Origin: Syntrophales bacterium
GTDB taxonomy: Bacteria > Desulfobacterota > Syntrophia > Syntrophales > UBA4778
NCBI GenBank assembly: GCA_028712885.1
Contig: JAQTPK010000003.1
Location: 11,129-75,128, forward strand
Direction of reading: 5' to 3'
DNA length: 64,000 bases
In this document: piece by piece, positions 54,062 through 63,210 of the stretch
Numbering within the stretch: the stretch's first letter is position 1
How the letters are laid out: the number at the start of each line of letters is the position of its first letter
Notes under the pieces: generated by a model
Database searches by the model: none
Told to the model about the DNA's origin: nothing
Seen by the model: the letters and a program-made list of their open reading frames with translations, nothing else
Position numbers and translations under genes: made by a program

Positions 54062-55393
54062 TTACTGTTTAAGCGCGGTTTTCTGAATCATTCCCGTCGT
54101 CCTGTCCAGCCTCAGAATGGCCAGCTGGTAGCTGTACATGGCATCCGCCATCTGCCGTTCCGCGGACAGGAGAAGATTGTTCGCATCTATGACGTCCAGG
54201 CTGTTTGCCAGGCCGAACTCGAACTGTTTGGCAACCGCATTATAATTGTCGCGGGCGAAAACCACCTGGTCTCCCACAAACTTGAGGACCCCTTTTTGCG
54301 TCGAGAGGTCGAGGAAGGCGCTTTGCACTTCGACTTTGATTGCCTTCAGGGTATCGTTGAACGTCATCTCCGCCTGCCGTTTCCTTGCCTTGGCCTCGTT
54401 CACCTCGGCAACGCGCAGGCCTCCCTCAAAGAATGGGAAATTTACGGCGGCGCCGACATACTTGCTTTCCTTGTTCGTGGTTGTGGCCGCCGGAACCTGA
54501 TCCAGTCCTGAATAAACCGCAGAAAGGCTGATCGTCGGCCAGTACGCCCCCCTGGCGTAATCTATCTGGTCTTCCGCCATCTGCTTCTGCATTTCCAGGC
54601 TCTTCAGTTCAGAACGGTTCCGCAAGGCCTGTTCCTGGAAACTCTCGACCGGGACCAGGGACGGGTCTTCGAACGTATCCTCTTTCACTCCGAACGGTCT
54701 TTCCAATCCCACAACGCGGGCAAGGACGTCCCGGGCCAATTCAAGAGCGTTCTTTGTCCTCTCCCGATCGGAGAGGGCGCCCGAGAGCTCCGCCTCCGCC
54801 CTGAGGAGGGTTGTCTTGGTGACTTCGCCCACGCGCAGCCTCGTCTTCGCGGCGTCCCGGTACCGGGTCAACCGGTCGAGATTCGCTTCCGCGATCGCCA
54901 GGCCTTTCTGCGCCCGCATCACGTCGAAATATGCGCCGCAGACGATCAGCAGGTAATCGTCCCGGACGGACTGCAGCTCGTACCTGCTCCTGGTTATATT
55001 CAGCCTGGCCAGGTGCAAGGCCGTCCATTCGCGCATATTCATGTAAAATGACTGGTCGAGGCGCACGCCCCACGTGGCCAAGTCGCTGGGTTGAATGACT
55101 GTAGGGGCGCTGGTGGGCGTGACGCCGGACGTCAGTTTCGCCTGGTCGTAAGCCGTATAGGTTGCAAAAGAGGTAGCCCTCGGAATGAGCGCGGAAATAG
55201 CCTTTTTTCGCCCCTGCTCCGCAATGAAGACGTTCTCCTCCGCAATCCGGACCCTTTCGGAGCGTTCGAGGGCTATTTTGAGGAGGTCGCGAAGCGAATA
55301 TTCCTGGGCGGGAACTGCCTGGGGGAGAAAAAACAAAAAAGCGAGGCCGGCGACGGCCCCGACAACCGCTGATATCATCTGCCTTTGGTCCAT
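54062..55393 (-). CDS. TolC-family outer-membrane efflux protein
   Basis: Start ATG 55393 (GGAG 5 nt upstream; 55423 also possible). Signal peptide ...LFFLPQAVPAQ; the duplicated OEP repeat pattern is typical of TolC-like proteins. Confidence 0.85.
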   Translation of the reverse strand: MDQRQMISAVVGAVAGLAFLFFLPQAVPAQEYSLRDLLKIALERSERVRIAEENVFIAEQGRKKAISALIPRATSFATYTAYDQAKLTSGVTPTSAPTVIQPSDLATWGVRLDQSFYMNMREWTALHLARLNITRSRYELQSVRDDYLLIVCGAYFDVMRAQKGLAIAEANLDRLTRYRDAAKTRLRVGEVTKTTLLRAEAELSGALSDRERTKNALELARDVLARVVGLERPFGVKEDTFEDPSLVPVESFQEQALRNRSELKSLEMQKQMAEDQIDYARGAYWPTISLSAVYSGLDQVPAATTTNKESKYVGAAVNFPFFEGGLRVAEVNEAKARKRQAEMTFNDTLKAIKVEVQSAFLDLSTQKGVLKFVGDQVVFARDNYNAVAKQFEFGLANSLDVIDANNLLLSAERQMADAMYSYQLAILRLDRTTGMIQKTALKQ

Positions 55394-55493
55394 CTGTACT
55401 CCGCTTACCTCCCGCACTCCCATAATGTTATCTTATCCTGCGGCAACAACCTGAAACGCATTGAAGCAACCGTCCTTGAATAACCAGAAACCG

Positions 55494-55540
55494 GAAACTC
55501 GAGACTCGGGACTCGGGACTCGGGACTCGGGACTCGAAAC
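55494..55540. repeat. S8 word array with four tandem GGGACTC heptamers
   Basis: gaaactcgagactcgggactcgggactcgggactcgggactcgaaac, ending 3 nt before the ubiB-like stop codon. Confidence 0.85.
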
Positions 55541-55543
55541 TAT

Positions 55544-57235
55544 CTACAGCTTCCCCGAGCGGAAGATGGCGATAACGAGCCAGATTCCGAATATCCCGGC
55601 AACGGTGAATCCGGCCAGTCCGATTATCGGAAAACCGAAGAGATAAGGCCCGATATCGGTGGCAATGATCAGCGACGATCCGATAATCAGGGAAGATATT
55701 ATCAGGGCGAACGCGATCCGGTTGGAGGACCTGTCCATCTCGAAAATCAGGCTTTCGAGCCCCCTGTGCTCGAAACCGATCTGCGCCTTACCGAGACGAA
55801 CCTGGCTCAGCACCGCCCGGACTTCGGCCGGAACCGAGCGCACATGGTCCAGCCATTCCTCCCCCGAATCGACCAGTCCGGAGATAATTCTTCCCGGACG
55901 GTAGCGCTCCGCCTTTATCCTGCGGATGAAGGGGGCCGCTTTTTCCGTCATGTCGAAATCGGGGTCCATCATCATTCCCAGACTTTCCATCTGGGAAAGC
56001 GTCTTTATCATCAGATACATGTTTTCGGGCAGGATCAGCCTGTGTTTCGAAAGGATGCCCATGAAATCCTGCAGAAGACCGGCGAGCCGGATCTCTTTCA
56101 GCGGCCTGTAAAGATGGATTTCCATGAAATCCCGTATATCGCGCTCAAGCTCGCCGAGGTCGGGCTCCTGTTCCGTCTCGACTATCTTGAGCAGGGCGGC
56201 AACGGTCTTTTCCTCGCTCTTCTGCACGTACCCGTATACCAGGTCCGCGAAATCCTCGCGCGACCGCCGGTCCACGTAACCCATCATGCCGAAATCCAGA
56301 TAGCAGACGATGTTTTCCGGCAGCACCACGATATTTCCGGGATGCGGATCGGCGTGGAAGAAGCCGTGCTTGAATACCTGTTCCAGGACAAGATCCGCGC
56401 CCCGCTCAGCGATTGCTTTCCTGTCGAGACCGGCCTGGTCCAGCTTCAGGATTTCGGAGATCTTGATCCCGCTCACGAATTCCATCGTGAGCACCCGTTC
56501 CGTTGAAAAGGCCCGGTGCACGGCGGGGACACGGACCCGGTGGTTGTCCTGAAACTGCCGGGCGAAGCGCTCCATGTTTCCGGCTTCCACCGTATAGTCC
56601 ATCTCTCTTTTGATGATCCGCGCAAATTCGTCAACTATGCGGACAGGCCGGTAAAGCTTCAACTCCGGGATGCGCCTCTCCGCCAGGCCGGCAAGGTCCC
56701 GCAGTATCTCAAGATCGACTTCGACCGTTTCCCGGATTCCGGGCCGCTGGATCTTAACCGCCACTTCGCGGCCCGCGGGCAGCCTGGCCCGGTGGACCTG
56801 CCCGATCGAGGCCGCAGCAAACGGAGCTTCTTCCATGCACTCGAAAACGGCGTCAAGAGGCATACCCAGTTCCGCTTGCACTATTTCACGGACATCTCCG
56901 AACGGAAACGGAGGGACCTCGTCCTGGAGTTTGGAAAGCTCCGCAACGAGATCCGCCGGCACCAGATCGGGCCGGGTGGAAAGGATCTGCCCCATCTTGG
57001 TGAAAGTCGGTCCCAGCTCTTCCATAACCATCCGCAGCCGCTCGGCCCTGCCCTTCCTGTCCATCCGGAGACTTTTCCCGGACATGGTCCGTACCCCGAG
57101 ATCCACCGAGTGGCCGAGCTCGAGGCGGTTGATCAGGTCGCCGAAACCGTGGCGGAATAAAACGCCCAGTATCTGCCGGTATCTCTGGATGTGCCGATAT
57201 GTCCGGAAAATTACGCCTTCTCTGCGGATGCGCAT
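55544..57235 (-). CDS. ABC1/UbiB-family atypical kinase
   Basis: Track ORF 55544-57595 carries a 120-aa spurious N-terminal extension across the phasin gene in another frame. ATG 57235 gives MRIRREGVIFRTYRHIQRYRQILGVLFRHGFG...LGPTFTKMGQILSTRPDLVP...AAASIGQVHRA...VAVKIQRPG...HADPHPGNI; C-terminal TM pair. Confidence 0.85.
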   Translation of the reverse strand: MRIRREGVIFRTYRHIQRYRQILGVLFRHGFGDLINRLELGHSVDLGVRTMSGKSLRMDRKGRAERLRMVMEELGPTFTKMGQILSTRPDLVPADLVAELSKLQDEVPPFPFGDVREIVQAELGMPLDAVFECMEEAPFAAASIGQVHRARLPAGREVAVKIQRPGIRETVEVDLEILRDLAGLAERRIPELKLYRPVRIVDEFARIIKREMDYTVEAGNMERFARQFQDNHRVRVPAVHRAFSTERVLTMEFVSGIKISEILKLDQAGLDRKAIAERGADLVLEQVFKHGFFHADPHPGNIVVLPENIVCYLDFGMMGYVDRRSREDFADLVYGYVQKSEEKTVAALLKIVETEQEPDLGELERDIRDFMEIHLYRPLKEIRLAGLLQDFMGILSKHRLILPENMYLMIKTLSQMESLGMMMDPDFDMTEKAAPFIRRIKAERYRPGRIISGLVDSGEEWLDHVRSVPAEVRAVLSQVRLGKAQIGFEHRGLESLIFEMDRSSNRIAFALIISSLIIGSSLIIATDIGPYLFGFPIIGLAGFTVAGIFGIWLVIAIFRSGKL

Positions 57236-57252
57236 CGATCTGACCGGCTGTT

Positions 57253-57564
57253 CTAATCCTTCCCCTGCACCGGCGGGCTTGTTTTTTCCAGCCGCTCGAC
57301 TCTCTCCCTGAGTTCGAGAATTTCCTTGCGGGTCGGAATGTTCCAGCGGGTAAGCGTATCCTCCACGATCTTTTCCATCCGCGCTTCCATGTCTTTTTTC
57401 ATCTCCATGGACCGCTTGAAGAGATCGTCCACGAGTTCTCTTCCTTCTTTTTCCGTCAGTTCCCCCCTCCGTACCAGATCGTTGATGGCGCTTTCCATCT
57501 TCTCCCTGGTCAGGGAAGCGAGACCGGCTCCGATGAGAAGAGTCTTTCTCAAAATTTCCAGCAT
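57253..57564 (-). CDS. Phasin-like small coiled-coil protein (COG3937-type)
   Basis: ATG 57564 with GGGAGG upstream; MLEILRKTLLIGAGLASLTREKMESAINDLVRRGELTEKEGRELVDDL...; commonly precedes ubiB-like genes (from memory). Confidence 0.6.
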   Translation of the reverse strand: MLEILRKTLLIGAGLASLTREKMESAINDLVRRGELTEKEGRELVDDLFKRSMEMKKDMEARMEKIVEDTLTRWNIPTRKEILELRERVERLEKTSPPVQGKD

Positions 57565-57583
57565 GGCTGTACCTCCCTTGATA

Positions 57584-57670
57584 GGCATTGGGCATTGGGC
57601 ATTGGGCGTTGGGTGTTGGGCTTTGGGCGCGGATCGCGGGAAAAGCGGGAAATGTGCGAAACGCGGGAAT
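57584..57670. repeat. S5 and S2 word repeats, reverse orientation
   Basis: ggcattgggcattgggcattgggcgttgggtgttgggctttgggc (57584-57628); gcgggaaaagcgggaaatgtgcgaaacgcgggaat (57636-57670). Confidence 0.8.
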
Positions 57671-57733
57671 CCCTCTGCCCGTCAGGTTTGTACCTGATAT
57701 ACTAACATAATTGAAACGCCTAACACCTGATAC

Positions 57734-59077
57734 TTAATTCCTGACGCCTGGCGCGCTTGAAATCCCCATCGCCCGCTCGAGCCTTGCGATCGCGATCCGG
57801 TAATCGCTGATCGCCCCGAAGTAATCGGCCCTGGCCCTTGCCAGCAGGGTCTGGGCATCTATGACATCGGTCGAGGTGGCTATATGCTCCCGGTAGCGCT
57901 CCTGGTTTATTCGAAAATTTTCCTCGGCCTGGCCGATGGCCGTTCGGGTTACCGAAATCCGTTTTTCCGCCTCTCTCATGGAAAGATAGGCATTCTTTAC
58001 TTCCAGCGCGATGCGGTCCTTGAAACCCGTCAGGGCGTCGGCTGACTGTATTTCGCGGCTCAGACTTGCTCCCACCCGGTACCTTGTTCTCCCCCATTCC
58101 CAGAAGTTCCAGCTCGCCACGGCCATGACATACCAGTTTTCCGTGTCCCGGAACGGGGTCCCCGCCAGATCGGGGCCTTCCCCGAATTTGGAATAGTTCC
58201 CCACCAGATTGAGGTTGGGGAAATATTCGCTGCGGGCAAGAGTCACTCCCGTCTTTGCCGCTTCGGTCCTCAAGGCGAGGGCCGTTATTTCGGGCCTGTT
58301 CTCCATGGCGGTCTTCAGGCATTCCGAGAGATCCTTGGAATAAGGCTCGTAGGAGAGCATGTCCTCTATGTCGACCGGCTCATTGACGTCCCGGCGCATG
58401 ACCGTATTGAGCTGAGCTTTCGCCAGATCCACATCGTTTTCCGCGCGGAGCAGGTTCTGGGCGCCGTTGGCGAGCTGCACTTCGGCCGTGAGCAGGTCGT
58501 TTTTCGGTATCAGTCCGACGGTGAAGAAATTCCGGGCGACATTCCTGTGGGATTTCAACTGCTCCACTGATTGCAGGGCTACATCGCGGATTTTCTCCGT
58601 TTTCAGAATAGTGAAATAAGCAACGGTCACATCCCTGATCGTATCCTGGACTGTGGCCGTCTCCTCCCGGCGGGAAATGTCGGCTTCCAGGCGGCTGATC
58701 TGGTAATTGGCGAGAATGCCTCCGCCGGCGAAGAGCGGCTGCCGCATTTCCACGGACCACAGGTAATTCTCGCGCGTGCCTGTCGTTACCTCGCCCAGCG
58801 AGGGGATGGTCATGTGGGGCGGCTCGTTCAGATGCGTGTAACTGTATGACGTGCTGAAGCGGGGCAGGAAACCGGTAAACGCTTCCTTTCTCCTCGACTC
58901 GGCGGCCCGGGTCCCTTCGGCGGCCGAGTGGACGCTCACATTGCGGGAAAGCGCCTCACGGATGCTTTCTTCGAGCGTCATTCTCGCCGCTCCCGGAGCG
59001 CCGGCGGGAAACATTGCCGGGGCAACAAGGGCCAGCACGGCCGCGATCAGTATTTCAGGTCTTCGCATCCGCAACAC
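57734..59077 (-). CDS. TolC-family outer-membrane efflux protein (second copy)
   Basis: 447 aa; signal peptide MLRMRRPEILIAAVLALVAPAMFPAGAPGAA; two OEP repeats. Confidence 0.85.
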   Translation of the reverse strand: MLRMRRPEILIAAVLALVAPAMFPAGAPGAARMTLEESIREALSRNVSVHSAAEGTRAAESRRKEAFTGFLPRFSTSYSYTHLNEPPHMTIPSLGEVTTGTRENYLWSVEMRQPLFAGGGILANYQISRLEADISRREETATVQDTIRDVTVAYFTILKTEKIRDVALQSVEQLKSHRNVARNFFTVGLIPKNDLLTAEVQLANGAQNLLRAENDVDLAKAQLNTVMRRDVNEPVDIEDMLSYEPYSKDLSECLKTAMENRPEITALALRTEAAKTGVTLARSEYFPNLNLVGNYSKFGEGPDLAGTPFRDTENWYVMAVASWNFWEWGRTRYRVGASLSREIQSADALTGFKDRIALEVKNAYLSMREAEKRISVTRTAIGQAEENFRINQERYREHIATSTDVIDAQTLLARARADYFGAISDYRIAIARLERAMGISSAPGVRN

Positions 59078-59176
59078 CTTTCAGAAACATATCGACGAGA
59101 ACGGTTTTTCATGACGGCATAGATCGATTCCTTGCTGTCGAAAACTACTCTATTTACTTGTATTGTCAAGACTAAT

Positions 59177-59680
59177 CTATTTCCCGGAAACGGCGAGCGC
59201 CTGTTTGATCTTCTCTTCCAGGTTACGGCAGGAGATACAGGTGATATTTCCCCGCGAGTCCACGAGGATGCGCATCGGAACGCCGACAACCCCGTACATT
59301 TCCGCAACATTTCCTTTCGCGTCGACAAGGGTCGGGTAGGGGAGTTTCCATTTTTTCGAGAAGGAGGCCGCCTTCTCCCGGGACTCGAGAATGTTGACAT
59401 TGAAAAAGACCAGCCCGCGGTTCGCGTATCGCTCATGCAGCTTCTTGTTTTCGGGGATCTGAGTCCTGCAATTCGGGCACCACGTCGTTCCGAATATAAG
59501 GAGCACCGGCCTGCCGCGGAATTGGCTCATGCGGTATTCATTCCCCGCAATATCCCGCAAACTGAAATCCGGCGCAGGCAAGGCCTGCTGGCCGGCCTTC
59601 CCGGCAAAGGAGGGGGGGGCGGAAAAGACCTGCCCCACCGTCAATAATGCCAATGCAGTAATTAGAGCTGTTTTTTTCAT
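59177..59680 (-). CDS. TlpA/ResA-like periplasmic thiol:disulfide oxidoreductase
   Basis: Signal peptide MKKTALITALALLTVGQVFSA; thioredoxin-fold motif FGTTWCPNCRTQIPE. Confidence 0.85.
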   Translation of the reverse strand: MKKTALITALALLTVGQVFSAPPSFAGKAGQQALPAPDFSLRDIAGNEYRMSQFRGRPVLLIFGTTWCPNCRTQIPENKKLHERYANRGLVFFNVNILESREKAASFSKKWKLPYPTLVDAKGNVAEMYGVVGVPMRILVDSRGNITCISCRNLEEKIKQALAVSGK

Positions 59681-59718
59681 GTTATCTCCTTTTCGAGCGC
59701 AAGGCTCGTTTTGCAGTT

Positions 59719-59826
59719 CGAAGTTGCGAAGATGTGAGGATAGGAGGATAGGAGGATAGGAAAGTTAACCACTTCCTCTATACTTTTTTTCGCAACTTCG
59801 CATCTTCCCATCTTCGCATCTTCGTC
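59719..59826. repeat. Inverted pair of S4 word repeats between tlpA-like and ccdA genes
   Basis: cgaagttgcgaagatgtgaggataggaggataggaggatagg (59719-59760) versus cgcaacttcgcatcttcccatcttcgcatcttcgtc (59791-59826). Confidence 0.8.
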
Positions 59827-59827
59827 T

Positions 59828-60547
59828 TTATACCCATGCCTGACCCGCTACGATCAGAAGATATTCTCCGATGCCGATAAGGATGATCCCTCCCGCTTTC
59901 TGGATCAGGTTGAGCCAGTTTCCGCTCCTCGGCAGCGCCGCCGCCAGACCGGCAAATGTCCCCACGATCATCAGCAGGGTCCCCATGCCCAGGGCAAAGA
60001 CAAAAAGCAGCCCCATTCCCAGCGGGACATTCCCGCCCCCGGCAACAAGCATGAGCAATACGGCAAGGATAGGAGTGGTACAGGGGCCGACCAGGAATCC
60101 GGATGTCGCCCCGAGAAAGAAACAGCCGGCCAGCCCCGAGGCGCGCGCCGGCCGGACTTTATCCAGGACGCCCTGGAGGGAAAGCGGCAGATGAAACACA
60201 TCCAGCATAGACATTCCGAAGAGAATGCAGATGTTCGCCGCGATGAAATGAACCCACGGATTCGCCTGGATCTGTCCGAAAACCATTCCGGAAAGCGCCG
60301 CAAAGCCGCCGAGGAGAGTATAAACGATCGCCATGCCGAGAACGTATGTCCCCGACATGATGAAGCCGGCGGTTCGTGAATTTCCCGCCTTTCCTCCGAC
60401 ATAGGCGACGAGGATAGGAATGACCGGGTATACGCATGGGGTGAAGCCTACCAGTACGCCTCCCAGGTATGCTGCCAGAAAGGCGGTGAAAGAAGCCCCC
60501 TGCACATACGTCTCAAACTGGCTCAAGAAACCTTCCAGCACACGCAA
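59828..60547 (-). CDS. ccdA: CcdA/DsbD-type cytochrome c biogenesis thiol-disulfide transporter
   Basis: 239 aa, 6 TM; LVGFTPCVYPVIPILVAYV and FLVGPCTTPILAVLL conserved Cys-Pro motifs. Confidence 0.85.
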   Translation of the reverse strand: MRVLEGFLSQFETYVQGASFTAFLAAYLGGVLVGFTPCVYPVIPILVAYVGGKAGNSRTAGFIMSGTYVLGMAIVYTLLGGFAALSGMVFGQIQANPWVHFIAANICILFGMSMLDVFHLPLSLQGVLDKVRPARASGLAGCFFLGATSGFLVGPCTTPILAVLLMLVAGGGNVPLGMGLLFVFALGMGTLLMIVGTFAGLAAALPRSGNWLNLIQKAGGIILIGIGEYLLIVAGQAWV

Positions 60548-60724
60548 GCTCCCCCGCGGAATGATACTACTATAGCCGTTTCAAGTTCCGGTTTCAATAC
60601 GGAAACCCGAAATCATGAAAGAATCGAAACATTTAAGGAGGCTATGGAGTTGCTTTTTGCATGAAAAGAAAATAGAATGTAAAATAACACAACGGAAAGG
60701 CATCACGCTCAGGACGGACACCCC

Positions 60725-61600
60725 ATGATCGGATCGCATCTTCGCATCTTCGCGTCTTCGCATCTTCGGCTTGCCGTAGCGACGGCGGTTTTCTTGCTGA
60801 CTGCTGCATTCGCGGCAATCCCGTCTGATGTTTCCGCGCGGCTGGAAATCATGGTAAGCGTCCCGCCGCAGGCTTTCATTGTGGAGAAGATCGGCGGCGA
60901 AAGGGTCAATGTCCGGGTTATGATCCCCGGCCACCTCGATCATGACGCGTACGAGCCTACACCCAGGCAGCTGGTCTCGCTCTCCCGGGCCGACATATAT
61001 TTCAAGCTCGGGACTCCCCATTTTCCTTTCGAGACGCGATACATCGATCCCGCCGCCGGCCGGCTGAAGAGGCTGCTCATCGTGAATATGTCCGAAGGAA
61101 TCGGCCTGCTGGGCGAAGATCCGCACTTCTGGATGTCTCCCCTCCCCGTCCGGCAGGCGGCGGCGAACGTCGCGAGGTCGCTGTCCGGACGCGATCCGGC
61201 CGGGCGCTCCGTTTATGAAAAAAATCTGAACCGCTTCCTTCAGGAAGTGGATGACCTGGACCGGCTGTTGCTCGGAATGATGAAGGGCATGGAGGGCGGG
61301 ACTTTTATTATTTTCCACCCCGCGCTCGGTTATTTCGCCTCGCGGTACGGACTGAGCCAGGTAGCGATAGAAACGGAAGGGAAGCCGCCGAGCGCCGCCC
61401 ATCTGAGGAATGTGATCCGCCTGGCGAAAGAGAAGCGCATCAGGACCATACTCATCCAGAAGGGCTTTGACCGGAAAAACGCGGCGGCCGTCGCCAGGGA
61501 GATAGGGGCGAAACTCGCTGAAATAGACGCCCTCGACCGGGATTGGACGAGGGGGATGATGCGGACTGCGGAAAGCGTCCGGAAGGCTCTGGGCCGATGA
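60725..61600 (+). CDS. Metal (Zn/Mn) ABC transporter substrate-binding protein, TroA/ZnuA cluster
   Basis: ...HDAYEPTPRQL..ADIYFKLG...GEDPHFWMSP...FHPALGYFASRYGL.... The first about 15 codons (GSHLRIFASSHLR) are encoded by an S4 word repeat at 60735-60769, so the true start is uncertain. Confidence 0.8.
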   Translation: MIGSHLRIFASSHLRLAVATAVFLLTAAFAAIPSDVSARLEIMVSVPPQAFIVEKIGGERVNVRVMIPGHLDHDAYEPTPRQLVSLSRADIYFKLGTPHFPFETRYIDPAAGRLKRLLIVNMSEGIGLLGEDPHFWMSPLPVRQAAANVARSLSGRDPAGRSVYEKNLNRFLQEVDDLDRLLLGMMKGMEGGTFIIFHPALGYFASRYGLSQVAIETEGKPPSAAHLRNVIRLAKEKRIRTILIQKGFDRKNAAAVAREIGAKLAEIDALDRDWTRGMMRTAESVRKALGR

Positions 61601-62364
61601 AAAAAAAGCTGATCGAAGTTCAAAACGTGACATTCGGATACAACTCCAAAGCCGTTCTGGAAAACGTCAGCCTTGATATCTGCGAGGGGGATTACATTCT
61701 CCTGCTGGGTCCGAACGGCGGGGGAAAAACGACTCTCGTCAAGCTTATTATGGGTATTTACACCCCCTGGAAAGGCGGGATCCGTTTAGACCACAGCGTG
61801 ATAAACCGGCTGGGATACGTTCCCCAGTCGGCGGGGACGAACAGAAATTTTCCCATAACCGTGTTCGACATGGTCCTGACCGGCCTGATCGGCCCGGAGA
61901 GCTTTCTGAAGCGCTACTCCCGGGAACAGATCAAGAGGGCGGAAAGCGTCATCGAAAGACTGGAGCTGGAGGAGGTGCGCCGCACGAACATCCACGATCT
62001 GTCGGGAGGGCAGATGCAGCGGATGCTGATCGCCCGGGCGCTTGTTCTGGACCCTGTTGTAATCGTGCTGGACGAGCCGACGACCTCCATCGACCTCACG
62101 TCGCAGACAAACTTTCTCGACCTGCTCAGGGACCTTAACCGCACGAAAACGATCGTCGTCGTCACCCACGACCCGACTCCTTACGCGCACGTTTACAACC
62201 ATGTCGCCTGCGTAAACAGGAACCTCTATTTTCACGATCGGGGGGAACTCCAGGCGGCCCATCTGGAGAAGATTTACGGGTGCCCGGTAGAACTGCTCGG
62301 TCACGGAATACCCCATGTCTTTCTTCATCATCATGAACACCCCGACCCGAGCTCCGACGGATAA
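61597..62364 (+). CDS. Metal ABC transporter ATP-binding protein (ZnuC-like)
   Basis: ATG 61597 overlaps the upstream stop (ATGA). Walker A GPNGGGKTT, signature LSGGQMQR, Walker B VIVLDEPT. Confidence 0.88.
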   Translation: MKKKLIEVQNVTFGYNSKAVLENVSLDICEGDYILLLGPNGGGKTTLVKLIMGIYTPWKGGIRLDHSVINRLGYVPQSAGTNRNFPITVFDMVLTGLIGPESFLKRYSREQIKRAESVIERLELEEVRRTNIHDLSGGQMQRMLIARALVLDPVVIVLDEPTTSIDLTSQTNFLDLLRDLNRTKTIVVVTHDPTPYAHVYNHVACVNRNLYFHDRGELQAAHLEKIYGCPVELLGHGIPHVFLHHHEHPDPSSDG

Positions 62365-62372
62365 TATCCTCC

Positions 62373-63182
62373 ATGCCCGATATCCTGACCTACGAGTTCA
62401 TGCAGAACGCCGTCTTCGCCGGTATTTTCGCCAGCATACTGTGCGGGATTATCGGCCCTTTCATAGTGGCCAAGCGGATGGTCTTTATCAGCGACGGCCT
62501 CAGTCATACCGCCTTCGGCGGTCTGGGGATTGCCTACTGGCTGGGGCTTAACCCCCTGATCGGGGCGGTTGCCATCGTGCTCCTGGCGGCCGTAGCCATC
62601 GGGACTCTGGAAGAAAACAAGATCTATCGAAACGACTTGATTATCGGCATCATCTGGGCCGTAGGCATGGCCATCGGCATAGGTTTCATTTACATGACCC
62701 CCGGATATGCACCCGACCTGATGACCTTTCTCTTCGGCAATATCCTGATGGTCTCCCGTTCAAGTATCTATTTTTCCTTCCTGCTGATCCTGATCGTGAT
62801 CGTCTGCATGGCGGTCTTTTACAAGGGGTTCATCGCGATCACCCTGGACGAGGAATTCGCCCGGGCCAGGGGCCTGCCCGTGAGGCTCCTTAACACGGGC
62901 CTCCTGGTCCTGATTGCGCTCTCCATCGTAACGCTGATTCAGGTAGTGGGGATCGTCCTGCTGATCGCCCTGCTGACCATTCCGGTTGCCGTCGCGCATG
63001 AAGTCTCTTCCGACTTCCGCACGATAATGGTTATTTCCGTTCTGGTGGGAATAATAATCTGCATGGGCGGCCTTTTTGCGTCCTACACCGTAGAGTTTCC
63101 GTCGGGCGCTTCCATCGTCCTCATCGGCGGCACCCTTCTCGGCGCGGTCAAGGCCCTCAAAGCGATCTCGGGAAGGCACTAA
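62373..63182 (+). CDS. Metal ABC transporter permease (ABC-3/ZnuB-like)
   Basis: 269 aa, about 8 TM; FMQNAVFAGIFASILCGIIGPFIVAKRMVFISDGLSHTAFGG. Confidence 0.85.
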   Translation: MPDILTYEFMQNAVFAGIFASILCGIIGPFIVAKRMVFISDGLSHTAFGGLGIAYWLGLNPLIGAVAIVLLAAVAIGTLEENKIYRNDLIIGIIWAVGMAIGIGFIYMTPGYAPDLMTFLFGNILMVSRSSIYFSFLLILIVIVCMAVFYKGFIAITLDEEFARARGLPVRLLNTGLLVLIALSIVTLIQVVGIVLLIALLTIPVAVAHEVSSDFRTIMVISVLVGIIICMGGLFASYTVEFPSGASIVLIGGTLLGAVKALKAISGRH

Positions 63183-63210
63183 CAGAAGTTCCGAGTCCAG
63201 AGTCCTTTAT

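Noticed and set aside
55544-57595. Track ORF boundaries with N-terminal extensions (5421, 12888, 30742, 31130, 26039, 44717, 53970, 57588, 57595).
   Set aside because: The extensions overlap the preceding gene or run through repeat arrays and lack SD sequences. Internal ATGs with good SDs, or ATGA stop/start overlaps, give N-termini matching the protein families.
60678-60689. tgtaaaataaca upstream of the metal ABC operon as a possible Zur/Fur-family box.
   Set aside because: Only one half-site (ATAACA) matches the palindromic consensus as I recall it, and I cannot verify the appropriate consensus for this lineage. Insufficient support to annotate.
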